Assembly (NCBI GenBank): GCA_030141605.1 | Contig: JAQGDQ010000447.1 | Coordinates: 62,001 to 126,000 of the forward strand | Direction: 5' to 3' | From: Tubiluchus corallicola | Taxonomy: Eukaryota > Animalia > Priapulida | Length of the DNA stretch: 64,000 bases | In this document: one piece after another, positions 25,541 through 64,000 of the stretch | Layout: every line of letters begins with the position of its first letter | How positions within the stretch are numbered: the first letter of the stretch is position 1 | Translations under genes and position numbers: made by a program | Notes under the pieces: generated by a model | Databases searched by the model: none | What the model was told of the DNA's origin: nothing | The model's input: only the letters and a program-made list of their open reading frames with translations

Positions 25541-26302
25541 AAAGAAAAAGTCGTATTTTACACCAGAGATTGGGCATAAATGCACCACCCTCGCACAGTA
25601 AAGCAAATTGATGATTCGTCCACAATGTGTAGTCATTTCATATAAGTTTGGACAATCCTAGCTGTGATTGCTGGTCAGTCAACATCAGGGAACATGTCAG
25701 ACTTTAAAAATCCTGCATAGAGCATTTATTACCAAACAGTCATTGCAAAATTTATTTTGACTGCAAGCTTTGTAGTAACACATGTAAATATTATTGTAGG
25801 TGTGATGTCATTACCCCGCTTCACGTTTAAGCTTTGTTGTATAAAGTGAGGTTAGCTTATGCTTATGTAGTGAACATTATGTACCATGCCATGTTTGCTC
25901 TTTCAGACCTTGACAGCTTCTTACTCTTTACATTCTAGCAACATAAATAACAAAGATACCATATCAAAATGCTGTGTTAATATATTTTCTATATTTATAT
26001 GTATAGACACATTTACAATGCTCTCAAGACACCAGATTTTACTATTTTATAGACTTGTTATAAATCTTGTACTAGAATGAAAGATCAGCATTTTTCAATG
26101 TATTTACTCAGATTGTAGCCAGTGTATTTCTAGATCTTACTGTTTCTTGGACACAAAGGGTACAAACTCACTTTCACAATTATACAATTATTACACTAAC
26201 CTTTAAATACCTTAATTACATACACATTTCTCTTTGCCATTTTTCTTATTGTTAATTTTACAGTATAAGAGGCTAAATAAGTCATACTTGGAAAAGCTAA
26301 TA

Positions 26303-26882
26303 CTGTCAAACCTCGATATAATGCCCCCCCCCCTATAATGCCAACCTTGCTTAGTGCCCAAATTTTTATCAAAAGAAAATATCTATTTTTGCATAGACAT
26401 GTATGTATCAATTATGTATCAATATACAGTCAACCCTCGTTAAACCGGACTAATTAGGGGGGTGGGTGGTCCGGTTTAACCGATTGTTCGATTTATCCGA
26501 TATGCCTATATATGGTCTATATTATACAGGAATAATCACCTTAATAATGCCTATATACATTGCACTATATACTATACTGTATATTACTTTAAAATACCTA
26601 ACCTGTGAGGATAAAGAAATTATTGTACAGTTTAAATAAAAAATGGCTTCGGCCCGTCAATGGCTCGTGGTGAGTTGGTAGGCCGTGTTGTGTTTAGCGC
26701 TCCGGCTCGGTCGGAAATCGGTCAGTTTCCTTTACCACGATGGCGTTCGTCTTATCCGATATCCGGGCTAACGGGGTCCGGTTTAACGAGGGTCGACTGT
26801 ACCTTGTTATAATGTCGAACTTGCTATAATGCCAACTTTTTCTTGCAGTCTCGAAGTAGGTGGTATACAAAAGTTTGACTGC
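26303..26882. mobile_element. Nested pogo/Tigger-like MITEs (inner copy 26427-26799)
   Basis: Inner TA-CAGTCAACCCTCGTTAAACCGGAC...GTCCGGTTTAACGAGGGTCGACTG-TA; outer CTGTCAAACCTCGATATA...TATACAAAAGTTTGACTG. Confidence 0.82.
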
Positions 26883-28343
26883 AGTTCAAAACGTATTTCC
26901 TTCAAACTTTCACTTTCCGTTTATCATTTCCTTATTAATTAGGCATAAAACTGAAAACTTCTCTTTGATCAACTAATGGAAACGGCAGAGATGTTATGTA
27001 GGTACACATAAAATTTAGTTATTTTGAAGTTAGCTATCATAACATTTGAATTACAAAACTCAATCATGTTCTTAAACTGCTAAATCACGTGACATTTTTA
27101 CACCTAGCAATCCGTCTAAACAAATGTCTGTCTAAAAATGTAAGAAAATGAGATTGTAGTAAAGCTTAAAAGAAAAACACAAGAACTATGAAAAAGGAAG
27201 CTGCCAGAAATAAGGATCGTTCCTTAGCACGGGATTCGGGAAAATTTGAATCTAAACACAGAGTCGTAACAATAAGTTACAATCTTAACAACAGTGCATT
27301 ACTTTAGTGGATAATTTTGGAAAATGGGAAATCCAAAAATGGGAAATCAACAATTCAAATTAAAAACTAAAAAAATGCATAATACATGTGCAGTCGACTC
27401 TCATAGAACTCGTATTCTGGGATAAAAAGAATTCGCCGTGAGTTGCGTGAAACAAAAACACACATTTACAAAAGCCTTCAAATACAATGACAGATCAGCG
27501 GGACATTAACTGCATGAAACTTGGCAACTGACCATTCATTGTCACCAATACCGCACCTTCCCAATTTAAAAATGAAGTAAGAGTTCTTATGAGAAAACAT
27601 ACTGACTATTTACGCCACAGATATAAGATATGCAATCTTATCACACTTACAATATACCAAGCATAAGTGCATAATCAGTCTGCTTAGTCATCAATTTATG
27701 CGACACAAATAGGCTGTCTACGTAATTAAGCGCATTTTGTTTATACTGATCTTTGACGTGTTATTACGAATAAATTACTTATTCCATATTAATGCAAAGC
27801 AAAGTAGCGCGTTAAACAAAAATCTTTGACAAACCTCTTAGTTCTGAACTGTTGTATCAGCACCACCTCCAAAAAAGCATAAAACAATAAAGATTTTTAG
27901 AATTTCTGGGCTAACATCCCATCTTTTAAGATTGAACATTTCCTACATATCATTTGCTAGAGCATTTGTACGCACTTAAGAAACATTTTTTGAAACTTGA
28001 GTTAAATTGCCCTAAATCTGACTTGTGAAAAAACAAAAAAGGTTGAACTAAATTAAATATTAGAGCTTTTCGCGGTACAGCTCATCACCAAAACAAGTCT
28101 GACCACAGCGCAATGGATGTTCATACTCACATAAACGCAACATAACATAATAAATAATATAATTCCTAATCAACAAAATATAATTTTATACAACTCTTAA
28201 TATTAAAAATAATTAAAAATATAATTTTCAATACCTTTTATGTTATCACAAAATGTCTGTTGCAACTTACAGTGCTCGTTGCTCGATGTGCATTTCGCAC
28301 AACATCTGGAAGTAGACTAGAGGGCGCTGTTAGGCAGAGCGTT

Positions 28344-56118
<27,775 letters not shown>

Positions 56119-59100
56119 GACGCTGACGACTCAAACAATGCCACGCTTGGGCGAGCAAAGACGCGACAAAGTTATTCGCAGATAGACAGGCCAAGTTTGT
56201 CCGACAGTATGATGAGCATTGTCAAACTAGAATGTTACGCAAATAACTTCATGATAAGGAAGAACAATTACATGCCTCACCTAAAATATTAACAAAATGC
56301 AGTTTAAGTGCAGGGATGAGAATGACAAATTGCAAAAAACTCTGAAACAGGCTGGGGTTTTGGGGGCAAATCACAATTTTGTGACCATAGAAAGCCTCTA
56401 AGTGGACTTAAAATACACCAGTTACCTTGTTTCATGCATAATTTAAAATACCCAACTATCAAGGATACATGATACCTAATTGTGTCAAAAATGCCTAAGT
56501 ACTGGCCGCTCCTATGCAAAAGTATATAAAAACTGTCTGCAATTGACTCAAATAACTCCGCACAATTGATTCTATATTTTTATACATAGATATACACGTG
56601 GTTACACTGATGTACATGATTTAAACAAAGTGATGGCCTGCGAACTAGCGGTGAGTTTGGGAAACAATGTACTGGGTCCGTAAAAATTTTCTCAACGAAT
56701 TTACGAGATTTACAAAAATGGCACTACTGGTCTTCCAAAAACTCAGAATTCCACGTATCCACGGAAAATTCTCATCCCTGTAAGTGCATACAAATAAGGC
56801 ATCTGTATTACTTGAAATTACTACCTTGAATATAAAGCTTTTTAGCAACAATGCATTTTTGTCTCCCACTTGGAACTGACCTTTGAACTCAAGTTAATCT
56901 ATAGATACAATTTAACTTGATGTCCATGCCAGTTCTCATTGGGGTAGTGAAGAAGCTTAAAGCATTCCATCTCCTAGCTGGCTTTTTGCCCCGGTTCGTT
57001 GCAAAAATCTATATCCGCCCTTGGTAATACAAATTACAATGAGTACCCTAGCTCGACAATTTAGAATGTATTCTATGCTGCACCACATACTGGTGTAGCA
57101 GGCCAAATTAATCCCTGCCCAGATTAAACCCGGGTATACGCTGGAGAATAAACGGTGATAGACCAAACTATTCCTGGGGTGTAAAATTGCCTAGGCCAGA
57201 CTATATCCCTCCAGGCCATGGTGACTCCATGGACTGGCTGACCTACATCCCAAGCTTCAATCTTCTGTCAACTTATCTGCCACCATCTTAACTAGACTAA
57301 TCTGTAACCTTATTAAGTTAAACAAAAGAAATGTTTTACTCAAAGCATTACAAGTTCTGTCAAGTGTTAATTAACGAATGGTTAACGCAAGAACATAGCT
57401 TTAGTTAAACACCTAGTTAGAAAACTGTGACGGATATATAAAAAACGTGATGCGTGTACTATCGACTCATCATTACGTGAAAGTTAAACAACGTCAATGC
57501 TGCCAAGAGAGTCTAAAGTCAGTCTACCATGGCAACCAGCAATGCTCAAAACTATCACACGGCAAACGCAACAGGAGAAGCAACACGCTTGCAAAAGCGA
57601 AAATTTTAACCGATAAACTAAACAGGATTTTAAAAAATATACAATATAAACTTGAAAGGAACTCACAAAGTCACAACCGAGAAATTCTGCGGAATCAGCA
57701 AAAATATAATGCAGTATGAGCAATCATTAAAATTGTGTTCAATTCAGCCTGCTTTATTACCTAATTGATTCAACGTTATTCCTAACTATTTCTCGGTGAC
57801 AACTGGTAAGAGTGCAAGAAACAGGCGTAGGAGTGCCTAGTTTTTTCTGCTGGTTTACTGCTGCGTTTACCTGTCTTGAGAGCTGATTTTTATTTCAGAT
57901 TTTTCTTGCACAATCGACGTACTGGACGCGACGATTACAACAAATTTTTACTCACAACCGTACATTGGTATAAATGCGTTTTACTTTGTATTACGCTTCC
58001 ACGTGTGTATTTTGCTATTGTCATAGTGCGTATCCTATATAGAATAATAATAAACAGTAACAATTATGACACACTTTGACTGTTAGATTATATAAAGGAA
58101 GTGCACCATGCAGAGCCGCACACAATTTCGGAATTCTCGCTATAATATACTGCCAAGGGCGGCTATTTAATTGTGTTGCGTAACAAACTGAGATGTCACA
58201 CGAATGAGCGCTTGGACAGCCACACTTGAACACTGCCTCAATGCAATATTTTTGACAGGCAGGTGATTAAAAGTGTTGCACACAACACACGCATTTAGTA
58301 CAACTTAAAGAAGCGCAAGCTTATAATGCTCCATTTTTCTTGACAACAGCTGTCACCACACTGCGATACCAAAATAAGTTAATAGCACTGTTTTGACGTT
58401 CGTACCACCTAGCAGAATTACAACTAAACTGAGTATGGAATAAGTGATGTACCAGGTTGAACCAGAACTGGATGGTTGAACCAGGTACTGGATATAACAC
58501 CGCATAACTACAGGTTATTACCTTATACTAGTTAGTTGATCTCTTGACCCATTACTACCTTCTGATTTCCACTCCAAAAACTATACAACCACATCCAATG
58601 ATACTATTTCGGAATAGTAACGATTTTTCACTTGTGTGTGCACTTCAAAGTTGGTCTGCTTTTCTTCACAAGTGGACCCACTAGCTGCCTGTGGTGTGCT
58701 ATAAAATATGCACTTTACATGGCTGCCAAAGGATAGGTATTTTCCGAGAGAAAGAAGGATTCTTTTACACTGGGCCATCAAAACCTGGTGCACCTCAAAA
58801 TTTGGTGCTGTATGCTACATTCTAGTTACCCAGTAAATACTCCCCTGATTAGAACTACCATTTTTCAAACAAAGATAATTATGATTGCAAAGTGTTAAGT
58901 AATAGAGCAATATCAAAATTAATTATTTGTGTAAAGTTTACCATGTATGCCATGTGTAAAATAAACATGACACCCTGCTCAAAATACGTCCATACTTCTA
59001 TGTACATTAAGATGCTCAGAATAGCTCTAGCTGCCGGATAAGATTTGGCTAAAATATTGCAACCGTTTTTAATTTGGTCATTGCCCCTTGGCATGTGGGA

Positions 59101-60007
59101 CTAATTAGATGCACGCGTCTAACCAATTAGTGGTATTGACACAAGATCAGCTTCGTACTACTTATACAACTCCGTGCACTGGACCACTGTGTGAGTTAAC
59201 CAATCAGTGCCATGATTCACCTCAAACCAACAGAGTAGCAGAAACTCGTTGCTCGGCTTCCAAGTCAGCAGAGGACCATTGCTAAGCTTCCAAGTTAGCA
59301 GAGGACTGTTGTTAGGTTTAAAAGTAAGGCTGATTGCACACCTAAAAATAAGTGCTTGACTTCTGCGCCTAACTTTGAACTCGTCCTTACATCAGATACG
59401 ATATTTGTGAATGTACATGAATAAAACTATAGGATCATGCATATGTTACATTAGTCTCCTGCACTTCTACTTCAACATGCGAGTCTAATTATTTAAATTA
59501 TCTTCGCAGTTTCATAAATAACTAAAACACTTTTATTAACATTTTATTCTTACTGATACATTAATAATAAATGTTGCACTGTATTTGATTGTTAAAAAAG
59601 GACCTAGCAACACTATTGACTTAGCTATTATAAAAAAACTATAATGCAGTTTTGTAGCTGATTTCAATGAAACGAGAACATTTTTCACGCTTGAAAATTA
59701 TATGCTTATAACTTTGGCTCAATACAAATTATACAATAAGTAACATCATGCAACCAAACTGCAAAAAAGAAAGACCATTGTTGTATATACTTGAACTCTG
59801 GCTCGAAGGACAGTATTTGAACTTTGAATTTTTCCTGAGTTTTAATGCCAACAGGTTTAAAGGGAGAGAGCCTATCCTGATTGTGTACTGATAACTTATT
59901 GTAGTCAGAAAATGTTGTATTAAAACTTAGTGTGATTAAATTATCTGCTCTTACATGCGATTAATAGTGCTGTGGAATTATTGAGAAATAAGTAACGCAT
60001 TATATAA

Positions 60008-60503
60008 TTGTGTTGTTGCCATCCTTCTGTCTGAGAAGACAATGGAATGAATCAAGGATGGAGTCCGATCCTTGAACGTCTCCAGGGCGCACGCCTGGGC
60101 ATGTTATATGGAGATCCTGAGTTGCCCAGACAACAGGAACCCCCTCTCTTCCTCCCTGGTGTAGTCCAAAGGAAAGCGGAGCGATACGTTTGGCACCAGG
60201 TTGGCTGCAGGAGCGGCCGGAGTCAGTGAGCATGCTGCACTGGTCTGCCTTCGGGGCTCCACTCCTGATTTGGAAGATTTACTCCTCTACACATGACCGT
60301 TGGGTCCCTTGACCTCCTCCGCCCTCTAGCCGTTGGCTGCTTGTGCAGCTCCTGCGTCTAGTGTCGAGATACAGTGTGGGCATCCCGCAAGCCTACAGCA
60401 CCTGGTATTCCTAGGCGGTCACCCATCCAAGCATTAACCAGGCTCTACGTTGCTTAGCTTCGGTGATCAGACGAGAACCGGTGTTTTCAATGTGATTTGG
60501 CCG
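60008..60503 (-). mobile_element. 5S-rRNA-derived SINE (SINE3), near full length, RTE-like tail
   Basis: 5S head 60503-60389 (box A AGCTAAGC, box C GGATGGGTGACC, no T-run terminator), ~380-bp body, 3' end CCATTGTCTTCTCAGACAGAAGGATGGCAACAAC; 12-bp TSD CGCATTATATAA at 59996-60007 and 60502-60513. Confidence 0.9.
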
Positions 60504-61624
60504 CATTATATAAAATTACTTTATATAAGTCCACCCGGTGGCCACGGATATTTATATAAGGCATAAATCACAACCAAAATTCTGCCACAATCTAGTTCAA
60601 ATTATAAATTTAATCATAAGCACAGAACGTTAAACACAATAATTTGGTTTAAACCACATCACTAAATGTATTTAATTGCGCATAATTATAGGCCCATATT
60701 TAAATAAAAAAATGGGCCACCCTTTTGTGGTACCTGCTGATAAAAATTATCCCCAATAATTTGATTCGATTCGATTTAATATTTTATTTCAAACTTTACA
60801 AAGTTCATAAACACATCACAAAGTAATACAAATAATACAATAAATCATGACACACAACAATAACACAAATAACAATTAACGGTATAACAAACTACGCCAA
60901 TGACGTCTAATTACAGAAGAAAATTTTCACTCTTATTCAGTCTGACGTATACACTGTATGCACATTTTCTGTGAATCACATCAAAATAAATAATATTAAG
61001 TCTAGTAGAAATATATCTAGCTATCTAGTACTTTAATTATTACGATAAGAGGTCACACTTCTCTTTTACAGGCAAGGTTACACTTGCATGAAGATACTTT
61101 TTAAACATACGATCTAAATAATATACAAATACGCCAATGAAGCCAGACAGTTTAGAGCGATTCTCCGACAGGCTTTTCCATAAATTCGCTACCAGTGAGT
61201 TTCGTAATAATCATTTTATCCATTTGATGATGAAATATTTGCACTTTTGAGAAACATAATTATTTCATATTTCATTTCATATAACAATACAAGAAAAAAC
61301 AAGACACACATGCAATTTCAGTTTTGAAATGTACTGACACAGCAGACAAACAAAACAATTACTGGTAAAACAAACATTATTAAGTCTTTTTGTTAGTTAT
61401 TTAAATGAAAAGTTCAATGATTAGTACTTAAAATAAATTGTCACTCATCTGGCCTCAGTTTCAACGATATGATCGTAACATAGCATGTTGTTCATCATGT
61501 CTTAAAAACGCTTTTCGGACATAAATGCTTTATTGCGCCTAAATCATTACTTCCATCTGGAATAAACATTTATCTGCATCGCCCGTAAGAAAAAATTCTG
61601 GTATAATTACATTGGTGTGATTAC

Positions 61625-61870
61625 TAGGGGTGAGCATCGAACGTTCGAATCGAATTCGAACGCTCGAATTCTATTCGAACGAGTTTTTTTAGTTCGAACT
61701 CGATTCGAATCCAAAACTATAGATTCGAATAATTCAGCACTTCAATCACACATGTTCTTTATTACTAAAACGATTGAAACACTGAAGTTCGGTTTGATTC
61801 GAATTCGAAAAACACATATTCCGTTCGATTCGATTCGAATTTGCTTTCTGGTAGAGAATGCTCACCCCTA
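61625..61870. mobile_element. hAT-like MITE family A (short derivative)
   Basis: TIR TAGGGGTGAGCAT/ATGCTCACCCCTA; perfect TSD GTGATTAC. Confidence 0.92.
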
Positions 61871-63509
61871 GTGATTACATAATTTTCACATAATTTCTTC
61901 TTAAAATCATTGTAATGTGGGCATTTTATAACAAAGTGTAATTCGCTTTCGATTTCATTTCTTAAACAATATGATCATATGCGATTCTCAGCCGGGATTT
62001 TTCTAGGTTTACAAGAATTTATCAATAACAGGTGAAATGCACCGTAACAAGGTAACAAAACTATATCCATCTAAATTAATAAGACACTAGTGATCTATAT
62101 AACAGTACTTTAATTATGTATGTTTAGAGCGTCTGCTATTTATCGCCTTGGTGTGCGGGATATGCCGTAGCTAATGGTTATCAATGCACGATGGTAATAA
62201 ATGACACTTCATTATAGTAACTTCATTACGGTGATTCTAATCACTAGGCTACGATGATTCTAGTCTATTTCTGCCTTGTTTAAAACGCATAATTCTGGCA
62301 CTTAAAGACATTCTAGCATATAGAAGCAAAGCGGCAGTTGTTGTACTGACTTGACGAAATAAACAATGATTTTTATGTATAATCAAATTAGGAGTTCTAG
62401 ACTAAGTTATCAACAATGGATCACTGCACTTAAGCAAACTGTGGTTTTTATTTTTGTAGCTTATGTCAGAGTTTCAGCCTCAGTGAACATACGTAAGTAT
62501 ATGAACATATAGAAAGTAAAAATAATTGTAATTGAAAGCCTTTTTTAGGATAAACATCTATCACGTAACGATTTGACACGAAAAGAAAAAGTTGAAAATT
62601 TTCACTATTTTGCACGTAAAAATTTTGTGCACCCGTAGTAATTGTTGGATGAGTATTATAGTTATGTTTGGATGTTGCCTAGCATACTTGGGTGTGTGTG
62701 TATGCGTGTGTGCGTGCAAGCGTTTGTGTTAATTATACGATACCATCGCTGCCTATTGCTAACTTATTTACTAAATGAACTGCTTCGGAATTAATAGATT
62801 TTTGTGTTTTGTTTCTCTCGGAAGGCTCGTAGGGAAAACCAGAAAACACTTCGTCAAATTAAACTAGTTTATTAAGCGAGAATTCTACAACACAAAAGTA
62901 TGAAGGAACGCTGTTACACGCTACAATAATATTAAGCAACCAGACAAATGCGTGCTTAATAAAGTAATATTTTTAAACTAACTAGGAACTTAAACAAAGA
63001 AGGTCAGAGCATCATGACAGTCTAGAATGCAGAACACTGCAAAGCTCTTTGATCTATACCCCAAGATCTTTGATCTACACAAACCATATCTATGGTATTG
63101 TTACAAACGCGAAATGATTACACTAAACGTGAAAATCTGGAAATCGTTTGAGTGTATCTGAAAATGTAAGTATACAAGAGACTGTGTAAGTGGCGTCCGT
63201 GTGAATCCGTGTGTCTGTCTCAGCGGCCTGCTTCGCCTTACATAGCGCGCCCGAGAAGCTTCCAGAAGTTTTGTTCCAGAACATTCTACACGGTAAGACG
63301 ATTATTCTAACGGAACATTCTACGATGTTCTATTTAATTCTAATAGATGCCAGCGATCTCCACAACACTGATGCAATCAAATACCTGGTAGTATTTCATA
63401 CCATTCTCATGAACTACTAATACGTAGCACAACTAGCGGTGTTAATTATTTTCTTGGAAATTAATCATTGGTGGCTGAAAATGCACGCCATTTTTACTAA
63501 TTATTTCAG

Positions 63510-63670
63510 CACGCACTTGCTCACATTTGTTTGAAAATGGGACGACCACTTCTGGCAATTATATGATTGATCCTGATGGAGACGGAGGAGAGGAACCTGT
63601 CCAAGTTTATTGTGACTTAAACAATGGTTATACATTCGTCAATCACTCCTTATCAGGCATTCCAACAACG
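63510..63670 (+). CDS. Exon encoding the start of a fibrinogen/COLFI-like domain (CNTNAP/neurexin-IV type); gene incomplete, possibly a pseudogene
   Basis: tttcag|..RTCSHLFENGTTTSGNYMIDPDGDGGEEPVQVYCDLNNGYTFVNHS..|gtattt; SGxYxIDPDG..VYCD motif. Confidence 0.75.
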
Positions 63671-63736
63671 GTATTTACTTACCAATAATATTGATTATAG
63701 GCAATTATTGATTAGTGATTCAGTAATAATGCAGGT

Positions 63737-64000
63737 GACTACGGCTAAATCACGTTGAAGTTAAGCAATGTAGAGCCTGGTTAGTACTTGGATGGGTGAC
63801 CGCCTAGGAATACCAGGTGCTGTAGGCTTGCGAGATGCCCACATTGTATCTCGACACTAGGCGGAGGAGCTGCACAAGGCAGCAAACGGCTAGAGGGCGG
63901 AGGAGGTCAAGTGACCCAACGGCCATTTGTAGAGGAGTAAACCTTCCAAATCAGTAGTGGAGCCCCAAAGGCGGACCAGTGCAGCATGCTCACTGACTCC
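63737..64000 (+). mobile_element. Second copy of the 5S-derived SINE (cut by window edge)
   Basis: 5S head 63737-63829 with an internal deletion between GAA repeats, followed by the same body as 60008-60503. Confidence 0.9.

Noticed and set aside
25541-28343. Overlapping convergent 3' UTRs of SLC16 and TEX2
   Set aside because: Poly(A) sites cannot be placed reliably by eye; needs 3'-end sequencing.
60389-60503. Functional 5S rRNA gene (also 63737-63829)
   Set aside because: No oligo-T terminator, diverged or deleted, followed by a shared body and flanked by a TSD, so it is a SINE head.
63800-63900. HDV-like ribozyme in the SINE body (GCCTAG/CTAGGC, GCCC/GGGC, GCTGC/GCAGC hairpin, GGCTA)
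   Set aside because: L3 (ATCTCG) and P2 do not fit the consensus register, CTAG..CTAG offers a simpler hairpin, and cleavage would remove the SINE's own promoter. Only a covariance-model hit on the family consensus would revive it.

Overview
AT-rich, intron-rich eukaryotic (invertebrate metazoan-like) DNA; most of the supplied ORFs are spurious. By manual splicing I recover three genes with consistent GT-AG boundaries and phases: (1) the 5' half of an SLC18B1-like MFS transporter (minus, runs off the left edge), (2) a complete SLC16/monocarboxylate transporter (plus, 20285-25540, 848 aa), (3) a complete TEX2 PH+SMP lipid-transfer gene (minus, 56118-28344, 14 core coding exons, 1188 aa) with candidate in-frame microexons. 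There is also one exon of a fibrinogen-like-domain gene near the right edge. Introns are packed with hAT, Tc1/pogo, piggyBac-, Kolobok- and Harbinger-like MITEs, LINE fragments and minisatellites. The standout is a 504-bp non-autonomous RTE-derived retroelement (1007-1510) whose head is a twister ribozyme and whose 5' end, fixed independently by a 15-bp target-site duplication, falls exactly on the twister U|A cleavage site. The window also holds a 5S-rRNA-headed SINE with an RTE-like tail and a Penelope-like relic with a degenerate hammerhead. Family assignments come from motif recognition only; no searches were run.
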